DNA of 64,000 nucleotides from an uncultured Candidatus Saccharibacteria bacterium. Lineage in GTDB: Bacteria; Patescibacteriota; Minisyncoccia; Minisyncoccales; UBA5738. A model generated the notes under the pieces. That model was not told the DNA's origin and searched no databases. It saw nothing but the letters and a program-made list of their open reading frames with translations. Where the stretch lies: contig CAYYEP010000001.1 in the NCBI GenBank assembly GCA_964470995.1, positions 65,813-129,812 of the forward strand. Direction: 5' to 3'. The translations under genes were made by a program, and so were the position numbers. Of this stretch, positions 45,854 to 54,829 are shown piece after piece (the first letter of the stretch is position 1; each line of letters starts with the position of its first letter).

Positions 45854-45947
45854 AAATGTATTGTATGGTTTATCAATCCAAATGTAGCAAATTTTACCAA
45901 TATTTAAAGGGAGAGCGCCATAAAACAAAATCGGGCATCTATTTAGC

Positions 45948-45973
45948 AAAAAACGGACTCCTCACGGGATCCG
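45948..45973 (-). terminator. terminator upstream of ileS
   Basis: Minus sense CGGATCC-CGTGA-GGAGTCCG-TTTTTT. Confidence 0.55.
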
Positions 45974-46411
45974 CTTTCTGGTTGCTTACCCCCATTCTCA
46001 ATCCGCGGCGGTGGCACCCATTCCGGACCGCGAAAAATCAAGATAAATAATAGGGTTATGCATATTTATAATTTGGAGCAAGTCTCGCACGACCTGTTCC
46101 GCCCACATAGCTTTATGTCGCTGGAGTTTCGGTGGCTGCCGGAGCGGCCGGGATCTCTTGCGGAACTACTGCCGGTTCCTGGGGTTGGGGTTGAGCCTGA
46201 GGTTCGGTTTGAGGTTGAACCTGGGGTTCGATTCCTGTCGCGTTGTCTCCTTCCATATATATTTTTAACAAAAATCCAAATTTCGCGACAAAAATGGGTG
46301 GTTTTGGCGTAAAAATTTTAATTTTTGCTGATTAACCCGGCGAAGGCAAGATGCGCCCATTGCACAAGCTTAATTTCATAATAGTTTTCGATTTTAACAA
46401 TTGTCAAATTT

Positions 46412-46439
46412 TAAAAAAATACCCGGTCAAAAGCCGGGC
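46412..46439 (-). terminator. terminator downstream of argS
   Basis: Minus sense CCCGGC-TTTTGA-CCGGGTATTTTTTT. Confidence 0.65.
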
Positions 46440-46459
46440 AGTGAAAACGATATTCTAGT

Positions 46460-48073
46460 TTACATTTTTTCGGGAGCAGAAATCCCCAGAAGCGCCAATG
46501 AATTTGCCAAGACAGCCTTGGTTGAATATGCCAGAGCCAGCCGGGCGCGGGTCAGTTTGGCGTCTGTACCAATAACCTGGCATTCGCCGTAGAATTTATG
46601 AAAGCTGGCCGCAAGTTCGGTGGCGTACAGGCAAACTCTTTGCACCTGATAATCGCGGGCGGTATCCTGGACAATTTCGGGCAGGCGCAACAAATCTTTT
46701 ATTAGCGCGGTTTCGGCCGGGTGCTGTAAAAGCTTGAAATCCGCGGTTAGGGCAGTAATTTTTTTGGCTTTTGCTTTTCTTAATATACTGGCGATGCGCG
46801 CGTGGGCGTATTGCACATAAAAAACCGGCGAATCACTGGAACGCTGTTTGGCAAGATTCACATCGAATTCCATCTGCGATTGCAAAGAATTTTGCAGATA
46901 GAAAAATCGGGCGGCATCTACGCCAACCTCATCAATAAGCCAATTGAGCGAAATGATGTTCCCTTCCCTCTTGGAGATTTTGCCGCCCTTAATGGTCACG
47001 ATCTGACAGATCAACACTTCGAATTCGCCCTTATAACCCAAAATATCCATCACGGCTTTCATGCGCGGCACATGGCCTTGGTGGTCGGCGCCCCAAATGT
47101 CGATGATAAATTTAAAACCGCGCTTCATTTTATCGAGATGATACGCAATATCCGACAGGAAATAGGTGGGGCTGCCGTTGGCGCGCAATAGCACTTCGTC
47201 TTTCTGACCATATTTAGACATATCCAGCCAATAAGCGTCGTCTTTGGCAACAACCAGCCCTTTCTTTTTGAGAATATCATAGGTTTTCATTACCAGACGA
47301 TCCCTATATAAGATCTCTTCAGACATCCATCTATCGAACTTTATTTTTAAATCCTTTTCCACGAATTTCTTCAGATCCTTGACAACCTGGCCGGCTAAAA
47401 AATATCCCGCGTCGGTTTCGGAATGGATTAGGGAAAGCTTGGCCTGAAGCGAGGCAATCTTATCCTTCAGATAAGGAGAAAGATAGGCAACCCCATTGCC
47501 CAGGGCGGTAGCGCCCAGAGCTTGGATCTGCTTGGAAACCTTGGCGTCGTTGATGTAATATTCGCGATCAACTTTGTAACCGGCGGCCGACAAAACATTG
47601 CTTAACGCGTCGCCGTAGAACGCGCTACGACCGTTGCCTACGTGCAACTGACCCGAAGGGTTGGCGGAAATGAATTCAATCTGGGTTTTTTTGCCCCTTC
47701 CGGCGTTCACGCGGCCGTATTTGGCGCCGGCGCGAATAATCGCCGCCGCCTCCGAAGCCAGATATCCGGGCGACAAAACGAAGTTGATAAAACCGGGAGC
47801 GGCAGTATTAACGGCGGAAAAATGTTTGGCGAAATTTTTGTCTTTTTTGATCTCTTCGGCGATGGCTACGGCAATTTCCATTGGATTCCTTTTGAGGGTA
47901 CGCGCCAGCCGCATCGCAACATTGGAAGAATAATCTCCGTGGATCCGATCCTTACAGGGACTGGCCGACTTACATTCCCCCGCCAAGCTTCCGTCGCTAA
48001 TAATAAAAATTCCGGTATTGGCCAGCCGTTTCAAAGCCTTAAGGGTTATATCATTAACAATTTGGCGTACCAT
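46460..48073 (-). CDS. argS: arginine--tRNA ligase
   Basis: 537 aa. IEFISANPSGQLHVGNGR (HIGH-type) and a C-terminal DALR anticodon-binding pattern. Confidence 0.92.
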   Translation of the reverse strand: MVRQIVNDITLKALKRLANTGIFIISDGSLAGECKSASPCKDRIHGDYSSNVAMRLARTLKRNPMEIAVAIAEEIKKDKNFAKHFSAVNTAAPGFINFVLSPGYLASEAAAIIRAGAKYGRVNAGRGKKTQIEFISANPSGQLHVGNGRSAFYGDALSNVLSAAGYKVDREYYINDAKVSKQIQALGATALGNGVAYLSPYLKDKIASLQAKLSLIHSETDAGYFLAGQVVKDLKKFVEKDLKIKFDRWMSEEILYRDRLVMKTYDILKKKGLVVAKDDAYWLDMSKYGQKDEVLLRANGSPTYFLSDIAYHLDKMKRGFKFIIDIWGADHQGHVPRMKAVMDILGYKGEFEVLICQIVTIKGGKISKREGNIISLNWLIDEVGVDAARFFYLQNSLQSQMEFDVNLAKQRSSDSPVFYVQYAHARIASILRKAKAKKITALTADFKLLQHPAETALIKDLLRLPEIVQDTARDYQVQRVCLYATELAASFHKFYGECQVIGTDAKLTRARLALAYSTKAVLANSLALLGISAPEKM

Positions 48074-48262
48074 TGATTTTGATTAAAATATCATGAAAAA
48101 ACGGGCTATGCTCCGCGATTACAGCTTAGCTTAAATGAGCTAAAAATAAAAATTTTTGTTGCTGCCATCTTCATATATTTTAAATTTATTAACATAATTT
48201 ATTTTTTTGTCAAGACTAACTTAAACAAGGGTTTTGGGCTAGAATGAAGCAGAATCAAGCTT

Positions 48263-48727
48263 ATGAAGGTATTCGCCGAAAACAGAAAAGCGAGTTACAA
48301 CTACGAGATCATCGAAAGATTCGAGGCCGGAGTGATGTTAAACGGCCAGGAAGCCAAATCGATCAAAACCCGGGGATTATCCCTGACAGGCTCCTATGTA
48401 ATCGTCAAACCGGACGGGGTTTTTTGGTTTGGCGCCAAAATCCACCCCTATCAGCCGGCCAACGCGGGCGCGGATTACCACGAAGAACGGGACCGCAAGC
48501 TTTTATTGCATAAATCCGAGATTCAGCGTTTAGCCGGAATCGCTTCCCAAAAAGGCTTGACTTTTGTGCCTCTTCGGTTATATACTAAAGAGCATTATGA
48601 AGGCTCCGGCAAAGTGAAGCTGGAGTTTGGAGTTTGCCGTGGCAAAAAAAAATTCGACAAGCGCGAATCAATCAAGAAACGCGACATTGACCGCGAAATT
48701 AAACGGGCGTACGGGAAATACGTTTAA
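48263..48727 (+). CDS. smpB: SsrA-binding protein SmpB
   Basis: ENRKASYNYEIIERFEAGVMLNGQEAKSIK. tmRNA follows 100 nt downstream. Confidence 0.92.
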   Translation: MKVFAENRKASYNYEIIERFEAGVMLNGQEAKSIKTRGLSLTGSYVIVKPDGVFWFGAKIHPYQPANAGADYHEERDRKLLLHKSEIQRLAGIASQKGLTFVPLRLYTKEHYEGSGKVKLEFGVCRGKKKFDKRESIKKRDIDREIKRAYGKYV

Positions 48728-48826
48728 TTTCGAGTGATTTATGAATCGCAATTTAAGGTTTATGAATAAATTTAAATTCGTATTTATTCATAAATCATGA
48801 ATTGTAAATCATGATTCGTTGTTTTT

Positions 48827-49189
48827 GGGGATGTAAGGCTTCGATGGTTTATCGGCCAACCGGCCGCAAGCCAAGTTGCTAAATCTTGTAAAAATTAGCG
48901 AAAATCAAAAGTGCCAAATCGAATACATTCGCTTTTAGCGCTCCGGAATTAGTTTACGCCTAGTAGACTGCCGGTGTCCGGCAGACGGATTCTCCATTAA
49001 ATTTGCCGGGCATAACCTTTTGGAGATAGATGGTTCTCCCCTGCCCCAGGGAATCATTGAAAACAAAACGGGCAAAGGACTTGGAGTTTTTGTCGGATTT
49101 CTTATTCCAGGCCCCAAACAAACCCGACTAAGCTTGTAGAAACCGCTTGACTGGTTTCCCAGATACGGGTTCAAGTCCCGCCGTCTCCA
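48827..49189 (+). ncRNA. ssrA: tmRNA (SsrA)
   Basis: 5' GGGGATGTAAGGCTTCGA and 3' GGGTTCAAGTCCCGCCGTCTCCA form a tRNA-Ala-like domain with G3:U70. Tag ORF ...AKSNTFAFSAPELVYA ends in TAG TAG (48998-49003). CCA is not encoded. Confidence 0.9.
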
Positions 49190-49253
49190 CATAATTTTGC
49201 AAATCAAAATTCCATTTAATAACTGATAGTTTATCAGTCAAATAGAAAAAGGA

Positions 49254-49757
49254 GTGTTTAAAAAACCATTAATCAATAATCAAATACGGGCATCGCAGGT
49301 AAGATTGATCGATGAGGCCGACCACCAAATAGGCGTTATTTCGTTGAAGGAAGCGTTGGAAATGGCTTGGGCAAAGCATCTCGACCTGGTGCAGGTAACC
49401 GATAAGGTAAGCCCGCCGGTAGCAAGGATAACGGATTACGGCAAATATCTTTATTCCCTGCAAAAGAAAGACAAGGGAAAACGAACCAGCGAGGTGAAAA
49501 GCATCCGCCTAACCTATAATATTTCCCCGCATGATATGGAAACGCGCGCCGGCCAGGCAAAGAAATTCCTCGAGAAGGGCGACAAGGTTAAAATCGATTT
49601 AAGATTGAGAGGCCGAGAAAAAGCATTCGCCAATCTTTCAAAAGAAAAAGTGGGCCAATTCTTGGAAATTTTGGGCAAATCCATGCCCTACAAAATTGAC
49701 CAAGAGATAAAGAGGGAGATGGGCGGATTCAACATGATCATCTCCAAGGGGCAATAA
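49254..49757 (+). CDS. infC: translation initiation factor IF-3
   Basis: NNQIRASQVRLIDEADHQIGVISLKEALEMA. There is no in-frame ATG near the 5' end; the tracked start is GTG abutting the SD AAAGGAG. Confidence 0.9.
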   Translation: MFKKPLINNQIRASQVRLIDEADHQIGVISLKEALEMAWAKHLDLVQVTDKVSPPVARITDYGKYLYSLQKKDKGKRTSEVKSIRLTYNISPHDMETRAGQAKKFLEKGDKVKIDLRLRGREKAFANLSKEKVGQFLEILGKSMPYKIDQEIKREMGGFNMIISKGQ

Positions 49758-49802
49758 AATACAACCATAAAATCCAAACGGAATTTTACAGTAACAAAGA
49801 TT

Positions 49803-49988
49803 ATGAAAACAAGAAAATCGATAACCAAACGCTTCAAGATCACCAAGAACGGCAAGATCATGAGAAGAGCGACAGGCCAAAACCATCTGCGCTCGAAAAA
49901 ATCCGGGAATACCGTGCGCGCCGGACGCAAATGGGTACCACTCAACGAATCGGAAGCCAAAAAGATAAGAAAACTGATCGTAAAGTAA
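49803..49988 (+). CDS. rpmI: 50S ribosomal protein L35
   Basis: MKTRKSITKRFKITKNGKIMRR. Confidence 0.92.
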   Translation: MKTRKSITKRFKITKNGKIMRRATGQNHLRSKKSGNTVRAGRKWVPLNESEAKKIRKLIVK

Positions 49989-50059
49989 AATTAAGCTGCT
50001 GAAATTTGTTGAAACTTGCTTCGCGAAATTATTAGAAATTTAACGCATTAATGCGGCTG

Positions 50060-50099
50060 CAACCAATTTCTATAAATTTCAACCAATTTCCATAAATTT
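50060..50099 (+). repeat. 2 x 20-nt tandem repeat in the rpmI-rplT spacer
   Basis: caaccaatttctataaattt / caaccaatttccataaattt, ending 11 nt before the rplT ATG. Confidence 0.7.
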
Positions 50100-50110
50100 C
50101 CAATATAACC

Positions 50111-50455
50111 ATGTCACGCGTAAAAAGAGGAACACTGCACCATAAAAGAAGAGCCAACATCATCGAGTACACCAAGGGCTTCCGCTGGGGGCGCAAATCG
50201 AAAGTGGCCGCGGCCAAGCAGGCGATGATGAAGGCGTTGAGCTATAACTACCGCGACCGCAAGAATAAAAAACGCGAATTCCGCTCCCTGTGGAACATCC
50301 ACATCAACGCGGTCTGCCGCGCCAACGGAATGAACTACAGCCGGTTCATCGGCGCCCTCAAGAAGAATAACATCGCTATCGACCGCAAGATCCTATCACA
50401 ATTCAGCGCCAAGAACCCGAAGATATTCGAAGCGATCATTGCGAAGGTAAAATAA
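50111..50455 (+). CDS. rplT: 50S ribosomal protein L20
   Basis: MSRVKRGTLHHKRRANIIEYTKGFRWGR. Confidence 0.93.
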   Translation: MSRVKRGTLHHKRRANIIEYTKGFRWGRKSKVAAAKQAMMKALSYNYRDRKNKKREFRSLWNIHINAVCRANGMNYSRFIGALKKNNIAIDRKILSQFSAKNPKIFEAIIAKVK

Positions 50456-50466
50456 TTTTGAATTTT

Positions 50467-50495
50467 AAAAACACCCCCTCGGGGGTGTTTTGGTT
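50467..50495 (+). terminator. terminator after rplT
   Basis: AAAACACCCCC-TCG-GGGGGTGTTTTGG. Confidence 0.8.
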
Positions 50496-50509
50496 ATTAT
50501 CGAAAAGAT

Positions 50510-50579
50510 GAATCTCCCCGGGACAAACGCTACGGGATCTTGGTTGAACCGCCTTCCGCTTTGCTCCAGGCGTCAATAA
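50510..50579. repeat. GC-rich intergenic repeat, copy C (short form: 5' module joined directly to the terminal AATAAA)
   Basis: aatctccccgggacaaacgctacgggatcttggttgaaccgccttccgctttgctccaggcgtc|aataaa. Confidence 0.7.
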
Positions 50580-50602
50580 AAAAGCACAACGTGTCCAGCG
50601 GT

Positions 50603-50923
50603 TTATTCCGGCTTCCGTTGCGCTTTAATGTTTTTGCGGCTCTTGCGGCTGGCCATATAATAATCCTTCCGTGTCCCGCGGGTGACGTATTGTATCCACT
50701 TGATAATATGAACGTCATACTTCTCCGCCGATTTACATTTGCGCCAAGGTTCTTCGACGCAAATCACGTCCTCTCCCCCGCGGGTAACTATAGCATTCAA
50801 ATAAACCATCACACGGCCGTTTGCAAAGACACTGACCGCTTCGATCTGACCCAGTGCGGTAAGAAAACGATAATCATCAGGGGTTTCAATCAAGTTCACT
50901 ATTAAGCAAGCATCGTCTACCAA
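50603..50923 (-). CDS. hypothetical protein
   Basis: 106-aa ORF with a basic C-terminal tail. Confidence 0.45.
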   Translation of the reverse strand: MVDDACLIVNLIETPDDYRFLTALGQIEAVSVFANGRVMVYLNAIVTRGGEDVICVEEPWRKCKSAEKYDVHIIKWIQYVTRGTRKDYYMASRKSRKNIKAQRKPE

Positions 50924-50994
50924 TCGTTCACCTCTTTTATCCCGCCAAAAAGGACTAACTAAAGATTAACACGATAAGAGGGCGCGAACAAACC

Positions 50995-51528
50995 TTATTG
51001 GTATAATTCGTTATTTTCCAATTGCAGCAATGCGGCGGCTATCGCTTGTTTGGCGGTTTCTTTGCGGTTCCAGCGGCCGCGCGTCAGAATGCCGATTGCC
51101 CCCTCGGATGATCCAACTCTGGGGTTATCGGTCAAACCAAGCATATGAAAGGCCTGATTGATATCAAAGCCTTTTTTAACAAGTTCTATGGCTTTGGGCG
51201 GATATTCGAACGCCGCTGAAGTCCCGAGATAATATTTTTTGCCGTCGTAAAAGGCACAAATGCCAATATTCATACAACCAGTAAGCGTGTCCGGGACATC
51301 CATCAACCCATCCTCGATACCTACGGAAAAATCGCAATCTTTGAAAGCGGCTTTAGCGCGATTCTTCGCACCGCGCACCGTTTCCCTCAAGCTTTTGGGC
51401 TGGTTGCCAACAAAAGAACCGGTGTCGACACCTTCGACTAGGCATTCGCCAAGAAAGGCGCTGGCAGCTACAACTTCGCGTAAAGCTTCCACTTTAACCT
51501 TATTGGCGGTTCCGATCTTTATTTTCAT
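50995..51528 (-). CDS. inosine/xanthosine triphosphatase (YjjX/DUF84-like)
   Basis: MKIKIGTANKVKVEALREV and overall size and pattern. Tentative. Confidence 0.55.
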   Translation of the reverse strand: MKIKIGTANKVKVEALREVVAASAFLGECLVEGVDTGSFVGNQPKSLRETVRGAKNRAKAAFKDCDFSVGIEDGLMDVPDTLTGCMNIGICAFYDGKKYYLGTSAAFEYPPKAIELVKKGFDINQAFHMLGLTDNPRVGSSEGAIGILTRGRWNRKETAKQAIAAALLQLENNELYQ

Positions 51529-51552
51529 AATGCTTAATAGTATTAGCGATAA

Positions 51553-52233
51553 TCAGAAGGCCGCAAGCGCGGCAAGCACACCTTCGGGGGCGGCAACGAT
51601 CCACCCGTTGCGATCAGCCAAGGCGCGCAATCCGGAACTGGGATTTACGCAAACCGGGCAAGCGACTTTGGCAAGCATTCCCGCGTCATTTTCGGTATCC
51701 CCCAACCCGATAGAGCCGGCGGCATCGTAGCGTGCCAGGATATTTTGAGCCTCAATAGCTTTATTGGCGGCGGTAAGCAGTGATTGTTTTATAGTACCAT
51801 TGCAGATTCCGCCGGCAACACCCATCTTAGCCGAGGCGAAACCGTCCAACAAGAAAACTTCGCTTACGGCCTGCGCCAGAAAATCGAGATTGGCGGTTAC
51901 CAAATAGAAGTCGTGAGTGGGATGGTAAACGGAGCGCAATTTTGAAAAATACGGGTAAAAAATATCGCCGCGGGCGGCAAAAAAATCCCGGGCATCGGCA
52001 ACCAAATAACCGTAATCCTGCCCGGCAAGATAGCTTGCCCAAACCGTCAGGGCTTCGGAAGACGCTTCGTTATAGCTTAACTCACCCCGGTCGTATTGGG
52101 CGCGGATCGCCAGCCGCTTTTCCTGCGCGTTGGGCGAGATAATTCCCTTTTTTATGTGGTGCGCGACCAATTCGTACATTAGAGAATCGCGCGTAAGAGT
52201 CAAATCCAAATCAGAGAGTATAACCGATTTCAT
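51553..52233 (-). CDS. HAD-superfamily hydrolase (subfamily IB-like)
   Basis: LSDLDLTLT (DxD) and GLGDTENDAGM motifs. Confidence 0.75.
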   Translation of the reverse strand: MKSVILSDLDLTLTRDSLMYELVAHHIKKGIISPNAQEKRLAIRAQYDRGELSYNEASSEALTVWASYLAGQDYGYLVADARDFFAARGDIFYPYFSKLRSVYHPTHDFYLVTANLDFLAQAVSEVFLLDGFASAKMGVAGGICNGTIKQSLLTAANKAIEAQNILARYDAAGSIGLGDTENDAGMLAKVACPVCVNPSSGLRALADRNGWIVAAPEGVLAALAAF

Positions 52234-52296
52234 AAGGATTAATTCATAATCAAAAAACGGCCCCGAAGAACCGCTTCTTGTTTAACATTTATTGGC

Positions 52297-52809
52297 TTAT
52301 TTAATCAAGTCTCCGGCCGGAATATCGTCGGCGATAATTCCCTCCACATTAAACACGAACGATTGGGTTTGCGCCGCGCAGGCGGCACCGGACTTGCAGA
52401 CGCCAGTGGCGTTTAAAACCGCCTTTCCGGAATGTACTATCTGGTAAACTGCCTGCGATCTTTCGTCGGTTAGTTCGACCTCCCTCTCGGCCAATACGGT
52501 CTCGTCGCTGGATTTGATATCCCAAGTATAATCGGCGCCCAACATCAACACCAAATTCTTTCCAGGGGTGAGTTTAGCAGACTGGCCGTTATCATCCATT
52601 GTTATCCGCAGGGGAATCTCGCCTTCGGCTAATTGCAATTCCCGGCCAACTTCGCGGGCAATTTGGGTTTCGGTTTTAACTTCTTTGGGCTGGTCCACCA
52701 CACTCACCGGCGGTTCCGTTTTTTTACCGCTCTGCATCGCGATTACGATACCAATAACCACTATCAATATCACCGCACCAACAACATAATATGTAGTTTT
52801 TTTATCCAT
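52297..52809 (-). CDS. membrane-anchored hypothetical protein
   Basis: N-terminal TM helix and a 140-aa extracytoplasmic domain. Confidence 0.6.
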   Translation of the reverse strand: MDKKTTYYVVGAVILIVVIGIVIAMQSGKKTEPPVSVVDQPKEVKTETQIAREVGRELQLAEGEIPLRITMDDNGQSAKLTPGKNLVLMLGADYTWDIKSSDETVLAEREVELTDERSQAVYQIVHSGKAVLNATGVCKSGAACAAQTQSFVFNVEGIIADDIPAGDLIK

Positions 52810-52883
52810 AAATATATAAAACGTTTATAACGCTTACTGTTATTTTAACAGTATTTAAAATCCGCGCAAATAATAGTTGTGGA

Positions 52884-54740
52884 TTAATCTAGGGTTGCTT
52901 TGATGCGGCGCACGCCGGAAGACGAGCTTTCTTCTTTAACAATCCTAAAATGGCCAAGCTTGCCGGTACTGCCAACGTGCGGGCCGCCGCAAATTTCTTT
53001 GGAAAAATCACCGGCGGAATAAACCGTAACACGGTCACCGTATTTGGAACCAAACACCCCCATAGCCCCGCAATCGCGAGCCTGGCCGAGACTCATTTCT
53101 TCGCGGACAACCGGGGTATCTTTTCGTATCTGTTCATTAACCAGGTCTTCGACCTGTTTTATCTGTTCGGGGGTCATTTTATCCGGATGCGAGAAATCGA
53201 AACGCAAACGCTCGACGGTAATATTGGAACCGCGCTGTACAACATGCCCGCCCAAAACCCGGCGCAATGCCGCCAACATCAAATGTGCGGCGGTGTGCAA
53301 TTTGGTAGTTTGTTCGCTTGCGTCGGCTAACCCGCCCTTGAACATACCGGCGCTGGCGGTGCGGGAAAGTACCTGATGTTTTTTTAAATCTTCCTTGAAT
53401 TCGCTTTCCGCTTGAACGGCAATCGCAACACCCCACTCTTTTGCGATCTCAAGGCTTAATTCCAGCGGGAAACCGAAACTTTGGTAAAGGTCGAATAAAA
53501 GTTTTCCCGAAAGACTGGAATTCCCTGCGGCCATTTTTTTAAAAACTTTCAAACCTTCATGGATGGTGCGGCGGAATTTGGTTTCTTCTTTTTCCAGTTC
53601 CGCTTGGACGGTTTGGAGATTGAGATCGTAAATACCGGCGTAAGCATCGCACACCGCGACGGCAATTTCGGCCAAAAAATTCTTTTCTATTCCCAATTGC
53701 TGGCCCTTGGCAATGGCCCGACGGACCAGGCGGCGGGTAAAATATCCTTGGGCTTTGTTGGATGAAACCACGCCATCGGCAATCAAAAAGACCGCGGCGC
53801 GGATATGGTCGGCAATTATTCGCATTGCCGCCGTGGTTTTCGGATCGGAACCGTAGGTTTTGCCGGAAAGCTGTTCAATCTTTTTGATTGCCGGAAAGAG
53901 CAAATCAATCTTAAAAGCATCCGGATCGTTGACCGACGCCGCGGCGACGCGCTCCAATCCCCCACCAAAGTCAACATTATGGCGATCCATTTTTACCACC
54001 GCCCCGCCGCGCTTAACATATTCCATAAAAACATTATTGCCGATCTCCAGGAACCGGCCGCAATCGCAGTTGACGTGGCATGGCTCATTGCGCCAGGGAG
54101 AATTTTCGTGCAATTTCAGGTGTGCGCCGAAATCCCAGAACATTTCCGAATCCGGGCCGCCCAGCTCGCCTTCCGGCATGGCAGCCGGCTTTCCCGACCG
54201 CGACCACCAGTTTTTTGACTCGCCGTAATAAAAAATTTTTTCGTTTGGCGCCATTGGGTGTTTGCCGCCATCGACATCGAGAGCGGCGATCCCCGCGGTA
54301 GCAAACATATCTTTCCAAATTTGCACAGTTTCCGCATCGCGGGGCACGCCGCATTCGGGCGAGCCGCCAAACGCAGTCACATAAATGTTTTTCGGGTCCA
54401 GACCCACCTCTTTGGTTAGAAACTCGAACATCCACGCGATCTGTTCCTTTTTGAAAAAGTCGTTCAACGACCAGTTTCCCAACATCTCAAAAAAAGTCAT
54501 GTGGCGGTTATCGCCCACCTCTTCGATATCCTGGGTACGAAAACATTTTTGCGAATTGGCAATGCGCGCGCCAAGGGGATGTTTTTGCCCCAAAAGGTAA
54601 GGGATCATCTGTTGCATCCCGGCGCTGGTAAACAAAGTCGACGGGTCGTTGTCGGGCACCAATCCGCAGGAAGGGATGATCGCGCACCCCTTTTTTTTGA
54701 AATATTCAAGATATTTTTGGCGGATTTCGGAAGTATTCAT
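52884..54740 (-). CDS. alaS: alanine--tRNA ligase, short form lacking the C-Ala domain
   Basis: FTSAGMQQMIPYLLG, FFEMLGNWS, editing-site HTAAHLMLAALR...GGPHV. Only 618 aa. Confidence 0.9.
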   Translation of the reverse strand: MNTSEIRQKYLEYFKKKGCAIIPSCGLVPDNDPSTLFTSAGMQQMIPYLLGQKHPLGARIANSQKCFRTQDIEEVGDNRHMTFFEMLGNWSLNDFFKKEQIAWMFEFLTKEVGLDPKNIYVTAFGGSPECGVPRDAETVQIWKDMFATAGIAALDVDGGKHPMAPNEKIFYYGESKNWWSRSGKPAAMPEGELGGPDSEMFWDFGAHLKLHENSPWRNEPCHVNCDCGRFLEIGNNVFMEYVKRGGAVVKMDRHNVDFGGGLERVAAASVNDPDAFKIDLLFPAIKKIEQLSGKTYGSDPKTTAAMRIIADHIRAAVFLIADGVVSSNKAQGYFTRRLVRRAIAKGQQLGIEKNFLAEIAVAVCDAYAGIYDLNLQTVQAELEKEETKFRRTIHEGLKVFKKMAAGNSSLSGKLLFDLYQSFGFPLELSLEIAKEWGVAIAVQAESEFKEDLKKHQVLSRTASAGMFKGGLADASEQTTKLHTAAHLMLAALRRVLGGHVVQRGSNITVERLRFDFSHPDKMTPEQIKQVEDLVNEQIRKDTPVVREEMSLGQARDCGAMGVFGSKYGDRVTVYSAGDFSKEICGGPHVGSTGKLGHFRIVKEESSSSGVRRIKATLD

Positions 54741-54829
54741 AGATTTTTATTATCCTACACATTAGCAAAAAAACCTGCCTTGTTAAACATTGACAAAAAT
54801 AATGATTTATTTAATATTTAAGCGGAGTT

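Noticed and set aside
45950-46060. T-box riboswitch in the ileS leader (AATGGGTGCCACCGCCG resembles the T-box core)
   Set aside because: I could not build a specifier loop, Stem I features or a UGGN antiterminator bulge. The hairpin plus U-run at 45948-45973 is more simply a terminator for the upstream unit.
46113-46256. 47-aa Pro/Gln-rich minus-strand ORF (MEGDNATGIEPQVQPQTEPQAQPQPQEP...)
   Set aside because: It has no Shine-Dalgarno sequence and is encoded by a short-period GGTT/GAGG-rich repeat. It could be real, but the support is too weak to annotate. The tracked plus-strand ORF 46058..46312 is equally unconvincing.
48935-49207. 90-aa minus-strand ORF
   Set aside because: It lies entirely antisense to the tmRNA gene and is spurious.
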